A stretch of 64,000 nucleotides of DNA, from positions 32,364,001 to 32,428,000 of the forward strand of contig NC_043016.1 in the NCBI RefSeq assembly GCF_006345805.1, written 5' to 3'. The notes beneath the pieces are model-generated. The model did not search any database, was not told the origin of the DNA, and worked only from the letters and a program-made list of their open reading frames with translations. Position numbers and translations under genes: made by a program. Each line of letters starts with the position of its first letter. Position 1 is the first letter of the stretch. This DNA is from Octopus sinensis (Eukaryota). Below are positions 38,792-50,888 of this stretch, piece by piece.

Positions 38792-39240
38792 GGCAACACG
38801 CTGGAAGAATTGTTAGTATGCTGGGCAAAATGCTTAGTGGTATTTCATCTGTCCTTACGTTCTGAATTCAAATTCTACTGAGGTCGACTTTTGCCTTTCA
38901 GCTTTTTTGGGGTTCATAAAATAAGTACCAGTTGAACACTGGGGTTAGTGTAATCAGTTTAATCCCTTCCCCAAAATTACCAGCCTTGTGCCAAAATTTG
39001 AAACTATTATAATTAAAGCATTTAAGGCAGTGAGCTGGCAAAAATTGTTAGTGTGCTGGACAAAATGTTTAGAAGCATTTCTTCCAGTTTTATGTTCTGA
39101 GATCAAATGCTGTCGAGGTCAACTTTGTTTTTCATACTTTTGGGACTGATAAAATAAGTACCAGTTGAACACATGGGTCAATGAAATTAACAAACCACTT
39201 CCCAAAATTTCAGGATTTGTACCTATAATAGAAGGAATTA
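37707..39240 (+). mobile_element. Three SINE family B copies (37707-37937, 38789-39008, 39023-39240) surrounding the Dong relic
   Basis: Family B motifs with (ATT)n tails. Confidence 0.8.
37977..38680 (-). mobile_element. Dong/R4-clade LINE 3' fragment with intact RLE ORF (38073-38456), flanked on both sides by (TAA)n
   Basis: IFWDMPIHTDREIKANRPDIVV...LIDVSIPADDN...EKLSKYKDL...PIIVGALG...QKIALLGTAHILRR (PD-D/ExK RLE). Confidence 0.9.
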
Positions 39241-39273
39241 TAATTAAAATATTTACTTAATTAATACTAGTAA

Positions 39274-39553
39274 AAACCCCCTTCAGTCATGATTGACCAT
39301 GGGATTGCATCGAGAAAGTTCCCCTCTGAGGCACAAATCTGGGCAAGGTTGTTTCTGGAAGACCATCAATTGTCCATGCATACCATTCTCCCCTCTCCAC
39401 ACCACCGATGTTATCCAAATCAGAGGCAAAGGCTGATACAGCTTGGCACCAGTTATGTTGCAATTCATTTCTACAGCTGAGGGAACTGGAGTAATGTGAA
39501 ATAAAGTGTCTTGCTCAAGAACACAACACAACAATATATATCCCAGTCCAGGA
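39274..39553 (-). mobile_element. tRNA-derived SINE family E (5'-truncated)
   Basis: Complete copy at 41500-41825; related at 60310-60545. Confidence 0.75.
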
Positions 39554-39578
39554 ATATATATACATATATATATATATA

Positions 39579-41076
39579 TGCCCTTGGGAGCTCCTATATG
39601 CTGATGACCTTGCTCTAATTGCTGAGTCACTATCAGAACTGGAGGAGAAGTTTCAGGTGTGGAAGCAAGGATTAGAATCGAAGGGCCTTAGAGTCAACCT
39701 AGCTAAAACCAAAGTCCTAATAAGTAGGAAGGTAGACAAATCACAAACGCCTTCAGGTAGATGGCCCTGCTCAATCTGTAGAAAAGGCATAGGTAGAAAC
39801 TCTATAAGATGCACCAAGTGTAAGCTATGGACACATAAGAGGTGCAGCAATGTCAAAGGAAGGCTAACTAGGAAAATAGTTTTTGTATGTGGCAGATGCT
39901 CAGGAGCAATAAACACTGAAAATGTGCAGAGACCAACTTCCACCACATTCCAGGGAGAAAAACTAGAAATAGTTGATAGCTTTCGTTACCTAGTAGACCA
40001 AGTCAGTAGCGGGGGTGGGTGTGCTGAAAGTGTAACTGCTGGAGTAAGAATAGCCTGGGCAAAGTTCAGAGAGCTCTTACCCCTGCTGGTTACAAAAGGC
40101 CTCTCACTCAGAGTAAAAGGCTGACTGTATGATGCATGTGTACGAACAGCCATGCTACATGGCAGTGAAACATGGGCCGTGACTGCTGAGGATATGCGTA
40201 AGCTTGCAAGAAATGAAGCCAGTATGCTCCGATAGATGTGTAATATCAGTGTTCATACTCGACTGAGTGTAAGTACCTTGAGAGAAAAGTTGGACCTAAG
40301 AAGCATCAGTTGTGGTGTGCAAGAGAGACGTTTGTGCTGGTATGGACATGTGACGAGAATGGATGAAGATAGTTGTGTGAAAAAGTGCCACACCCTAGCA
40401 GTTGAGGGAACCTGTGGAAGAGGTAAACCTGGGACGAGGTGGTGAAGCACGACCTTCAAACTTTAGGTCTCACTGAGGAAATGACTAGGGACCAAGACCT
40501 ATGGAAGTATGCTGTGCGTGAGAAGACCCGGCAGGACAAGTGAGACCATAACCCATGGCCTCTACCTGAGATGTAGCCAGTCCACGTATGCATACCTGTC
40601 CTTCTTGGGACACAAAACTCAGCTTGTGAAGACCTGTTGAGGCAAGTGAGAATCAGAATCAAAATCGAAATCGATCAACATCAATGGAAATTGTAGCTGA
40701 GATACCAGTGCCGGTGGCACGTAAGCAAACCATCTGAACATGGCCGTTGCCAGCCTCACCTGGCCCCCGTGCTGGTGGCATGTAAAAAGCACCATCCAAT
40801 CGTGATTGTTGCCACCCTCGCCTGGCCCCCGTGCCGGTGGCATGTAAATAGCACCATCTGACTGTGGCCGTTTGCCAGCCCCGTCTGGCACGTAAAAAGC
40901 ACCCACTACACTCACGAAGTGGTTGGCGTTAGGAAGGGCATCCAGCCGTAGAAACATTGCTAGATCAGACTGGGCCTGGTGCAGCTTTCTGGCCTCCCAG
41001 ACCCCAGTTGAAGCGTCCAACCCATGCAGCATGGGAAGCGGATGCTAAATGATGATGATATGATGATGATGATGAT
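39579..41076 (+). mobile_element. RTE-clade LINE, 5'-truncated, with in-frame stops and (GAT)n tail
   Basis: CPWELLYADDL..., PHD-like finger, TGA at 40122-40124, TAG near 40233; both ends in (TA)n. Confidence 0.95.
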
Positions 41077-41103
41077 GTATATAGATATATATATATGTAT
41101 GTG

Positions 41104-41184
<81 letters not shown>

Positions 41185-41283
41185 ATATGTATATATATAT
41201 GTCTGTATATATGTATATATATATGTATATATATGTATATACACACACACACACACATATATATATATTTCTTCACTACCCAG

Positions 41284-41488
41284 AAGGGGTTAAACACAGA
41301 GGAGACAAACAAGGACAGACAAGGGGATTAAGTCGATCACATCGACCCAGTGCGTAACTGGTACTTAATTTATCGACCCCGAAAGGATGAAAGGCAAAGT
41401 CGACCTTGGCGGAATTTGAACTCGGAACGTAACGGCAGACGAAATACGGCAACGCATTTCGCCCGGCGTGCTAACGTTTCTGCCAGTG
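41284..41488 (-). mobile_element. Young SINE family B copy (CpG-rich)
   Basis: Retains many CpGs lost in other copies. Confidence 0.88.
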
Positions 41489-42949
41489 TAATGGTAAAGA
41501 ACCCCTTCGGTCATGAATGAGCATGGGATTGCCCCTGAAATCTCCCCTCTCAGGCACAAGTCCAGGCAAGGTCGTTTATGGAAAACCAGCAGTCACCCAT
41601 GCATACCAGCCTCCCCTCTTCACATCAATAATGTTATCCAAGGGAGCAGCAAAAGCCGATACGGCTTGGCACCAGTGACATTGTTACTCATTTCTACAGC
41701 TGAGTGAACTGAAATAACATGAAATAAAGTGTCCTGCCCAAGAACACAACACACATCCCAGTCCAGGAATTGAACTCGCTACCTCAAGATTATGAGTTTG
41801 GACGCTCTAGTCAATGAGTCATACTAAGATCAGCACCAAATTGAACAGTAGCACCAACATTCGTAAGAAACGAAGATGAACTAAAAGCATTGCCGACACG
41901 AAGGGCAGCTGGCCATGAAACACTGTCTCAGAAAACCTGTACGACTTTACGAAGACATGGAAAAAAAATCAGAGGTAAAATGATGGTGATGGCGGTGGTG
42001 GTAATGATAAAGATAGTTATGATGATGATGATGATGATGACACTGATGATACTGATGTCAATGGTGACAATGATGACGATGACAACAATGACAATGATGA
42101 TGATGATGATGATGATGAAGATAGGAATGACAATGATAATCGTAATATTACTCGTTATCAAGGTAACAATACTCCTGCTGCTGCTGATGATGATGATGAT
42201 GATGATGTTGATGATGGTGAAGATGATGATGATATCGACAATGATAATAACAGTGATGATGATGATCATGATGATATTTGTTTGTCTTCTCCTCTTCTTC
42301 ACTCTATTTCTTTCTTTCTTTTTTTAACGTTTGCCACACTCCAGCATCCGGTCTCATTCCTTTTTCTTTTGTTTTTACTTCTCACCTTCCATCTCCTCTC
42401 CCCCCCCCACACCTGCCTGTCTTCCCTTATTTCTTTCATTCCTTCTCCCCTTCTTTCCCTTTCAATTTTTTTCTTTCTTTTCATTAATTTTTTTTTCTCT
42501 ATTATAGTTTCTCATTTTGTCTCTTTCAATTATAAGCCCTAGCCTAATTATATATACCCACTTTGTACAGTCTATTGACTTGGCTCTTCATCTTTCCACC
42601 TCTCCTTCTCTCTCCCTCTCCCCCTCTCCCTCTTCTTCCAAACATTCTGATTTTGAGCCCCATTTCTTTTTTTTTATTCCACCCCTAACTCTCCTTCATA
42701 CTATAAAACTTGAAGCTTTATTTCTATTTTTTTTGGTTAATTTTTACCTTAATTGTATGGGTTTTTAAAATATTTTTGTATGTTTAGTATTTCTGCTGAC
42801 ATTATTCCCTTGGAATTTATATTGGATTTTTCTTTTTTTGGTCTTTTTTTTTTTGGATGGTACTCTGGGTTTCACAAAAATTCTTCCAGTCATTGTTTTT
42901 TTTCCATTCCTTAGCTGTTGCTAATAATATTTTTGATACAATTTTGATT

Positions 42950-43255
42950 CTTGCTTTTGGAAATGTATATGTATGCATGTGGGTATGTATGTGCTTGCGC
43001 ATGTGTGTGTGTGTGTGTGTGTCTGAATGTCTGTCTGTGTGTGCGCATGCATATTTGTGTGAGTGAAATATTGTTTCTTTGAGTATGTGTGTGTGAATGT
43101 GAATGTGCTTGTGTGTATGTATGCATTTATGTATACATGTGTGTGTGTGTTTATGTATGCATATATGCATATGTATGTTCGGATGTGTATGCATATGCAT
43201 TTACATACCTATGTGTGAGTACATTCCTGTTTGTATGTGTTTATGCATGTGTGTA

Positions 43256-43302
<47 letters not shown>

Positions 43303-43465
43303 GTATGCGTGTGTGTATGTATGCATATGTAGGCTTGGATGTGCATGTATACACATGTATATATGCATGCATATACATACGTGTGTACGAGTACATTTAT
43401 GTGTGTGTGTTTGCTTGTATGTGTGTATATGTGTGTTTGCATGTGTGTGTGTGTTGTGTGTGTAG
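42950..43465. repeat. (TG)n/(TATG)n degenerate microsatellite
   Basis: Direct inspection. Confidence 0.93.
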
Positions 43466-43544
43466 AACAAGTTAGATAGCTGTAGTGGGTAACAAAAACA
43501 CAGAAATAAAGTGAATTTAAATTAGGTACCTGCTCTAATACTAT

Positions 43545-43910
43545 CTTTTACTCTTTTACTTGTTTCAGTCATTTGACTGTGGCCATGCTGGAGCACCGCC
43601 TTTAGTCAAGCAAATTGACTCCAGGACTTATTCTTTGTAAGCCTAGTACTTATTCTATTGGTCTTTTTTTGCCGAACCGCTAAGTTACGGGAACGTAAAC
43701 ACACCAGCATCAGTTGTCAAGGGATGTTGAAATGACAAAAAAGATACACAAACACACACACACACATACATAAACATATACGTATATACGACGGGCTTCT
43801 TTCAGTTTCCACCTATCAAATCCACTCAAAAGACTTTGGCTGGACCGAGGCTATAGTAGAAGACACTTGCCCAAGATGTCATGCTACTTACCACACAGCC
43901 ACTCCTGCAC
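43545..43910 (-). mobile_element. SINE family A
   Basis: Family A motifs; inverted partner at 44127-44563(+). Confidence 0.88.
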
Positions 43911-44126
43911 TTAATATGAGCAAAAAAAAAAAAAATTTAGAACAAGACAATGAATTCTTCAAATTGTTGAATATATCAGTGGTTGGCGATTGATATTTGG
44001 TTTTTGTCAATATTTTGTATTTGAATCTTTGATTATTTTTTCATAAAATTATTTATCATTTATTGTGGCATTTGGCTTTCTGATAAACTATAAATAGAAT
44101 AGAAAAATATAGCAACTATAGTGACT

Positions 44127-44291
44127 AGGCACAGGAGTGGGTGTGTGGTAAGTAGCTTGCTAACGAACCACTAGGTTCTAGGTTCAGTCCCACTGTGTGG
44201 CACCTTTGGTTAGTGTCTTCTACTATAGTCTTGGGCAACCAAAGCCTTGTGAGTGGATTTGGTAGACAGAAACTGAAAGCAGCTTATCATA

Positions 44292-44349
<58 letters not shown>

Positions 44350-44563
44350 ATATTATATATATGTATGTACGTGTGTATATGTTTGTGTGTCTGTGTTTGT
44401 CCCCCCAACATTGCTTGACAACCGAGTTTGCTGGTGTGTTTACGTCCCTGTAACTTAGCAGTTCAGCAAAAGAGAGCGATAGAATAAGTACTAGGCTAAC
44501 AAAGAATAAGTCCTGGGGTCGATTTGCTTGACTAAAGGGGTGCTCCAGCATGGCCGCAGTCAA
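44127..44563 (+). mobile_element. SINE family A
   Basis: Family A motifs. Confidence 0.88.
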
Positions 44564-44665
44564 TGTATGTATTTGAATCTTTGATTTTTTTTTCATAAAA
44601 TTATTTATAAAGAGAGTATATATATATACTTATATATATATACACACACACATATATATATGTGT

Positions 44666-46208
44666 AAGTAAGGTGAGGGTTGGCAAGTAAGGTGAGGGTT
44701 GGCAACGAGTACACTAAAGAATTCAGAGTAGAGGTAGGGGTCCACCAAGGTTCACTCCTCAACCCCCTCCTATTTATCATAGTCCTCCAGGCAATAACGG
44801 AGGAATTCAAGACAGGATGCCCCTGGGAGCTCCTATATGCTGATGACCTTGCTCTAATTGCTGAGTCACTATCAGAACTAGAGGCAAAGTTTCAAGTGTG
44901 GAGACAAGGATTAGAATCGACGGGCCTTAAAATCAACCTAGCTAAAACCAAAGTCCTAATATGTAGGAAGGCAGGCAAATCACAAGCGCCTTCAGGTAGA
45001 TGGCCCTGCTCGATCTGTAGAAAAGACGTAGGTAGAAACTCTTTAAGATGCACCAATTGTAAGCTATGGACACATAAGAGGTGCAGCAATGTCAAAGGAA
45101 GGCTAACTAGGAAAATAGTTTTTGTATGTGGCAGATGCTCAGGAGCAATAAACACTGAAAATGCTCAGAGACCAACTTCCACCACATTCCAGGGAGAAAA
45201 ACTAGAAATAGTTGATAGCTTTCGTTACCTAGGTGACCAAGTCAGTAGCGGGGGTGGGTGTGCTGAAAGTGTAACTGCTGGAGTAAGAATAGCCTGGGCA
45301 AAGTTCAGAGAGCTCTTACCCCTGCTGGTGACAAAAGGCCTCTCGCTCAGAATAAAAGGCAGACTGTATGATGCATGTGTACGAACAGCCATGCTACATG
45401 GCAGTGAAACTTGGGCCGTGACTGCTGAGGATATGTGTAAGCTCGCAAGAAATGAAGCCAGTATGCTCCGATGGATGTGTAATGTCAGTGTTCATACTCG
45501 ACAGAGTGTAAGTACCTTGAGAGAAAAGTTGGACCTAAGAAGCATCAAATGTGGTGTGCAAGAGAGACATTTGTGCTGGAATGGTCATGTAGCGAGAATG
45601 GATGAAGATAGTTGTGTGAAAAAGTGCCACACCCTGGCGGTTGAGGGAACCTGTGGAAGAGGTAGACCCAGGAAAACCTGGGATGAGGTAGTGAAGAACG
45701 ACCTTCGAACTTTAGGTCTCACCGAGAAAATGACCAGAGACTGATACCTTTGGAAGTATGCTGTGCGTGGGAAGACCCGGCTGGACAAGTGAGACCATAA
45801 CCCGTGGCCTCTACCTGGGACGTAGCCAGCCCACTTATGCATACCTTTCCTTCTTGTGACACAAACCCTACTTGTGAAGACCTGTTGAGGCAAGTGAAAA
45901 TCAAAATCGAAATTGAATGTTTCAACATCAATGGAAATTGTAGCTGAGATACCAGTGCCGGTGGCACGTAAAAAGCACCATCCGATCGTGGCCGTTTGCC
46001 AGCCTTGTCTGGCACCTGTGCAGGTGGCACATAAAAAGCACCCACTACACTCTCGGAGTGGTTGGCGTTAGGAAGGGCATCCAGCTGTAGAAACACTGCC
46101 AGATCAGACTGGGCCTGGCGCAGCCTTCTGGCTTCCCAGACCCCAGTTGAACCGTCCAACCCATGCTAGCATGGAAAACGGTCATTAAATGATGATGATG
46201 ATGATGAT
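44666..46208 (+). mobile_element. RTE-clade LINE, 5'-truncated; uninterrupted 354-codon RT C-terminal frame (44680-45744), 3' UTR, (GAT)n tail
   Basis: VGVHQGSLLNPLLF, LLYADDL, FRYLGD, MLHGSETW, RGRPRKTW; 19-bp tandem duplication at the 5' junction. Confidence 0.97.
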
Positions 46209-46672
46209 ATATATATATACTATAATAATTATTTGAGGGAATATTAATCCTAACTTACAAGGAAAAAATTCAATTTAGAAATACTAAATCAAAGTTAACA
46301 CAATATATTATATATATATAAAAATTAGAAAAAAGACACCTTCTATCCATTCAAAATGAACAATTAAATTACACCATCTAGAAAATTACATATAATAGAA
46401 ATATTTCTATTATATGTAATTTTCTATATGGTGTAATTTAATTGTTCATTTTGAATTGATAAAAGGTGTTTTTTTTCTAATTTCTATATATAATATATAT
46501 ATATATATATTAGAAGAAATGAGGTAATCAGAAGATTGGATGGTTTATATTTACAGATATTTATTTATATATTACATTTTTTACATATATATCATATCAC
46601 TAAGATCATTAGCGCTTTCTCCCATTCTAGTGGGGTTTTCAAATCAAAAAAATATATATATGTATTGTAAGT

Positions 46673-46831
46673 ATAGGCACATGTGTGGCTGTGTGGTAAG
46701 AAGCTTACTTCCCAACTACTTGGCTCTGGGTTCAGTTTCACTGCATGGCACATTGAGCAAGTGTCTTCTACTATAGCCTTGAGCTTACCAAAGCCTTGTG
46801 TGTGGATTTGGAAGGAGGAAACAAGCCTGTC

Positions 46832-46867
<36 letters not shown>

Positions 46868-47080
46868 GTATTTGTGTGTCTGTGTTTGTTCACCCTACTA
46901 TCACTTGACAACCAATGTTGGTGTGTTTACATCCCCGTAATTTAGCGGTTTGGCAAAAGAGATTGGTGGAATAAGTACTAAGTTTACAAAGAATAAATCC
47001 TTGGGTCGATTTGTTTGGGTAAATGCGGTGTTCCAGCATGGCCACACTCAAATGACTGAAACAAGTAAAACAATAAAAGA
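46673..47080 (+). mobile_element. SINE family A
   Basis: Family A motifs. Confidence 0.85.
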
Positions 47081-47401
47081 ATATATATATCATCATCATC
47101 ATTGTTATCATCAATTAACATCTACTTTCCAGGCTGGCATGGGTTGGAATGTTTGACTTGGAGTTGTCAGACCACAATTGTCTGTTTTGCTTTCTATGGT
47201 TAGATGCCTGCCGTAAGGCCAACTGCTCAATAGAGTGTCCTGGGTGCTTTTTACACCTGTATTTACACAACACCTGCACATGTGCATTTATGCAACACCT
47301 ACACCTAAAAGACAAACCTGGGTATGCAGAAGACAATGATTTTACTTAGCTTGATGTGTGTCTTATTGAGAACAACAAATCACCACACCTCCCAATCCCT
47401 T

Positions 47402-47469
<68 letters not shown>

Positions 47470-48509
47470 ATATATATATACATTCTTTTTCTTAATTTTG
47501 TGTGAGTATATATATATATATACCCTCATGCAACAGGCTTCTTTCAGCTTCCTCTTCCAAATCCATTTACAAAGTTTTAGTTGGCCTGGGACTATAGTAG
47601 AAAACACCTGTCCAAGGTGCCCTGCAGTGATACTGAACTCAGGACCATATGGTTGACAAGGAAACTTCTTACCACACAGCCATGCTTGCACCTAGCCGCA
47701 AACAATTTGCATTAAAAATTTCTTGTTACAATGACTACAGCAGTTGTTATTTTGACACTCGTGTGTTTGTCCCCTCCCGTACAGAGTCAATTGTGTTTTT
47801 TTTCTTTTTTACTATCTATAAAACAACACAGTTATTCATTTCCTGTTTGAATTTTGTAAAATTGAGCTAAAGAGAAGAATCTGCTGATCAATAATTGCAT
47901 TTAATTAATTCCTATGTTAATTGATCCACCCATTATCTTGTTAACAGGATGCTACTTCTCTTGTGGTTATGCAAAGCGGTCTAGCATTAAATCACTTATG
48001 TTTGTGTGTTTTTAAGTATGCGTGTTTGTTTGTTACCGTACATATTTTCTGTTCTTATGGTTTTATTCTTCAAATTCCACATTAATAGAAAAAGACTGAG
48101 TTTCTCACCCAGAAATATGTTTCTTTCATTGGAATTTTGACATCAGCAGCTTCATATGTGTGTGTGTGTGTCCCTTTTCTTTATCTAATTATTAGAATTT
48201 TTCCTTGAAGAAGTGATCTGGTTTCTAACAAAAGAAACAAAAGCTTCATCACAGGAATTTGGATAGCAGCAGTGCATTCTGCACCAAAAGCCAGTATGAG
48301 AGTTTTTCTTTCAAGGTATCTACCACAGTAAAGAACACCCACATCTATGTAGGAATAAATATTACCTCTCTGTATTAATACCTCCTCTGTTGCTTAATAT
48401 ATATTCTTTAACATGCTCACTGCTTAATTGCAACACCAGTGCCTGTTCAGGCATAGATTTTCTATATATATCACTGTGAAGAGATTGCTAATTCTAGTGG
48501 TCGAGTGTC

Positions 48510-48554
48510 CATCACTGATGAGATCAAGAAAGATCGAAATCATGTGATCCGGTG
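48510..48554 (+). ncRNA. Type I hammerhead ribozyme motif; predicted cleavage after AUC at 48549
   Basis: CATCA-CTGATGA-GATC(aagaaa)GATC-GAA-ATCA(tg)TGAT-C-cGGTG; perfect core and helix II, self-complementary helix III, A.C mismatch at the first helix I pair. Confidence 0.68.
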
Positions 48555-49437
48555 ATCTTGGTGCTGGAGTTTGTGGAGTGTTATCTCTCTGCTGGTGATA
48601 TGAACAAACAAGCATGCATTCTGCACCAAAAGCTTGTATGAGAATTTCTCACATGGTACCTTCCACAGTATAGTTTGTTCTAACAGGACAACCACATTTA
48701 ACTGGGAATAAATAAATATTACCTCTCAATATTAATACTGCTTCTATCACTAATATATGTTTTTTAGCAATGATAAATGTTACATGTTGAATTTTAGAAA
48801 AGTTTTGCATAGTTTTACTCTTCCTCTTATGTACTATATCTGCAAATTGTGTGTTCTCATTCTTTACCCCAAAATCCTGGCTTTTTTTAATTATTCTAAT
48901 AATTGGCTACTAATGTACCCAAGTGTATCAATGATTATTGGTATTAATGTAAATTTATAATCAGAATAGAGACACTCCAGGTCTCAATGTAGTAGTCTTT
49001 AAGTATTCTTTCTCTTGTTGATTTTGGAAGAAATGGTCATGTTGTTTGGTTAAGAAGTTTGTGGTAGAACCATGCGATTTCAGGTTCAGTCCCACTGCAC
49101 AGCACCTTGAGTAAGTGTTTTCTACTATAGCCCTGGGCCAACGAATCAGTGAATGCCTTGGCAATGAATTTGGTAGTTTCAAACTGTGTGGAGGCCTGCT
49201 GTGACTAAGGTCAAACCAAAGAACTATACCACCTATCCTGACATCTGCATACTCAAGTATCAAAATAAGTTTAACATCACCACACACACCTCCATCTCCT
49301 TTATAATTACCATTCCCTCCTCCTTTCCCATCACCTTCCGCCCCTCCCTATCAAATACACTCAGAAATGCCCCTCACACCCCCAGTCAAACTTCTCATTG
49401 GTCAAAATTGATAGACAATCTTCAGTTACACATCCAC

Positions 49438-49820
49438 TGTGGAGGTGCAATGGCCCAGTGGTTAGGGCAGTGGACTCACGGTTGTAGGATTGTGGTTTCA
49501 ATTTCCAGACCAGGCGTTGCAAGTGTTTATTGAGTGAAAACACCTAAAGCTCCATGAGGCTCTGGCAGGGGGTGGTGGCAAACCTTGCTGTACTCTTTCA
49601 CCACAACTTTCTGTCACTCTTTCTTCCTGTTTCTGTTGTACCTGTATTTTAAAGGGTCAGCCTTGTCATACTCTGTCTCATGCTGAATCTCCCCGAGAAC
49701 TATGTTAAGAGTACACGTGTCTGTGGAGTGCTCAGCCACTTGCATGTTAATTTCATGAGTAGGCTGTTCCATTGATCGGATCAACTGGAACCCTCGTTGT
49801 CATAACTGGCAGACTGCCAC
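49438..49820 (+). mobile_element. tRNA-derived SINE family D
   Basis: GGAGGTGCAATGGCCCAGTGGTTAGGGCAG head; matches 16376-16680. Confidence 0.82.
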
Positions 49821-50089
49821 GATACATCCACTGTTTCTATGGATACTATGGACTGTACTGTAATCACCCCATGAATTCAAACTATGATGGTGAGAAGCAT
49901 GTGATTTATGAAAACATTAAAATATTTGTGAATTCCACCCATATATTATTACTATTCATGCACATACACATAACCTTAGATCATTGATCTACTCGGTCAG
50001 GATGGAGTTGGGGGCTAATCTACTACAGGGTATTCAGACTAAATTTGACAGTTTGCATAAAAGGAAAAGAAAACACAATATTCCACCTA

Positions 50090-50490
50090 AAAGTAAAAGT
50101 ATTTTAAGAAATCAAAAAATGTCAGCTTGGATCATGACTGGGTGATAAGTTTCCTCAAAGTTGCTACTCTTAGCTTCCACTACGGCCTCAAGCTATCTCA
50201 ATAACCTGACATGTGTCTCCCTCCCTATGTCACTAGGAAGATCTTTAAGCACCTCCTTGATCTTTCCCATAACAACCTTGAGCACCTTTTTGAACTCCAT
50301 ATGTCTAACATATGCTTACATGCTTATGAAATCAGAAAACAACACAGCACCCTAGACTTTCATAAACATTTTTTTTTCTTGTTCAGAACCTTACCGAAGC
50401 ATGGAATAACCTACCCACATCAGTTGTTAGCTGTTAATACACAGCATCCTTCCAAACATACATGCTTCCTGAAATTCAGCAACAGTATTC
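50090..50490 (+). mobile_element. CR1/L2-like LINE 3' relic
   Basis: Frameshifted HAYEIRKQHSTLDFHKHFF..TEAWNNLPTSVV, resembling the CR1 C-terminal GH..K...RK.FF..R....WN.LP motif. Confidence 0.5.
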
Positions 50491-50496
50491 CTGATA

Positions 50497-50888
50497 CTCT
50501 TTACTCTTTTACTTGTTTCAGTCATTTGACCATGGCCATGCTGGAGCACTGTCTTTAGTCGAGCAAATCGACCCCAGGACTTATTCTTTGTAAGCCTAGT
50601 ACTCATTCTATCGGTCTCTTTTGCCAAACCACTAAGTTATGGGGATGTAGACACTCCAGCATCGGTTGTCAAGCGATGTTGGGGTGACAAACACAGACAC
50701 ACACTTATATATATATATACATATATACAACGAGCTTCTTTCAGTTTCCGTCTACCAAATCCACTCACAAGGCTTTGGTCAGCCCGAGGCAATAGTAGAA
50801 GACACTTGCCCAAGGTGCCACGCAGTGGGACTGAACCCGGAACCATGTGGTTCATAAGCAAGCTACTTACCACGCAGCCACTCCTACG
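50497..50888 (-). mobile_element. SINE family A, full length
   Basis: Family A motifs; further partial copies at 1153-1280, 4955-5100, 28690-28850, 30036-30165, 47520-47690, 49020-49200, 52535-52695, 58965-59095, 61150-61310, 63610-63760. Confidence 0.9.

Noticed and set aside
39597-44850. CTGATGA matches at about 39602 and 44841 (and at 14128, 50999) as hammerheads
   Set aside because: The first two are the YADD codons of RT; the others lack a G-C closed helix II with GAAA and a helix I.
47948-48016. Exon candidate GCYFSCGYAKR..., vaguely neuropeptide-like
   Set aside because: Good acceptor, but the phase-1 frame stops before any good donor, and Cys spacing does not match the oxytocin/vasopressin family.
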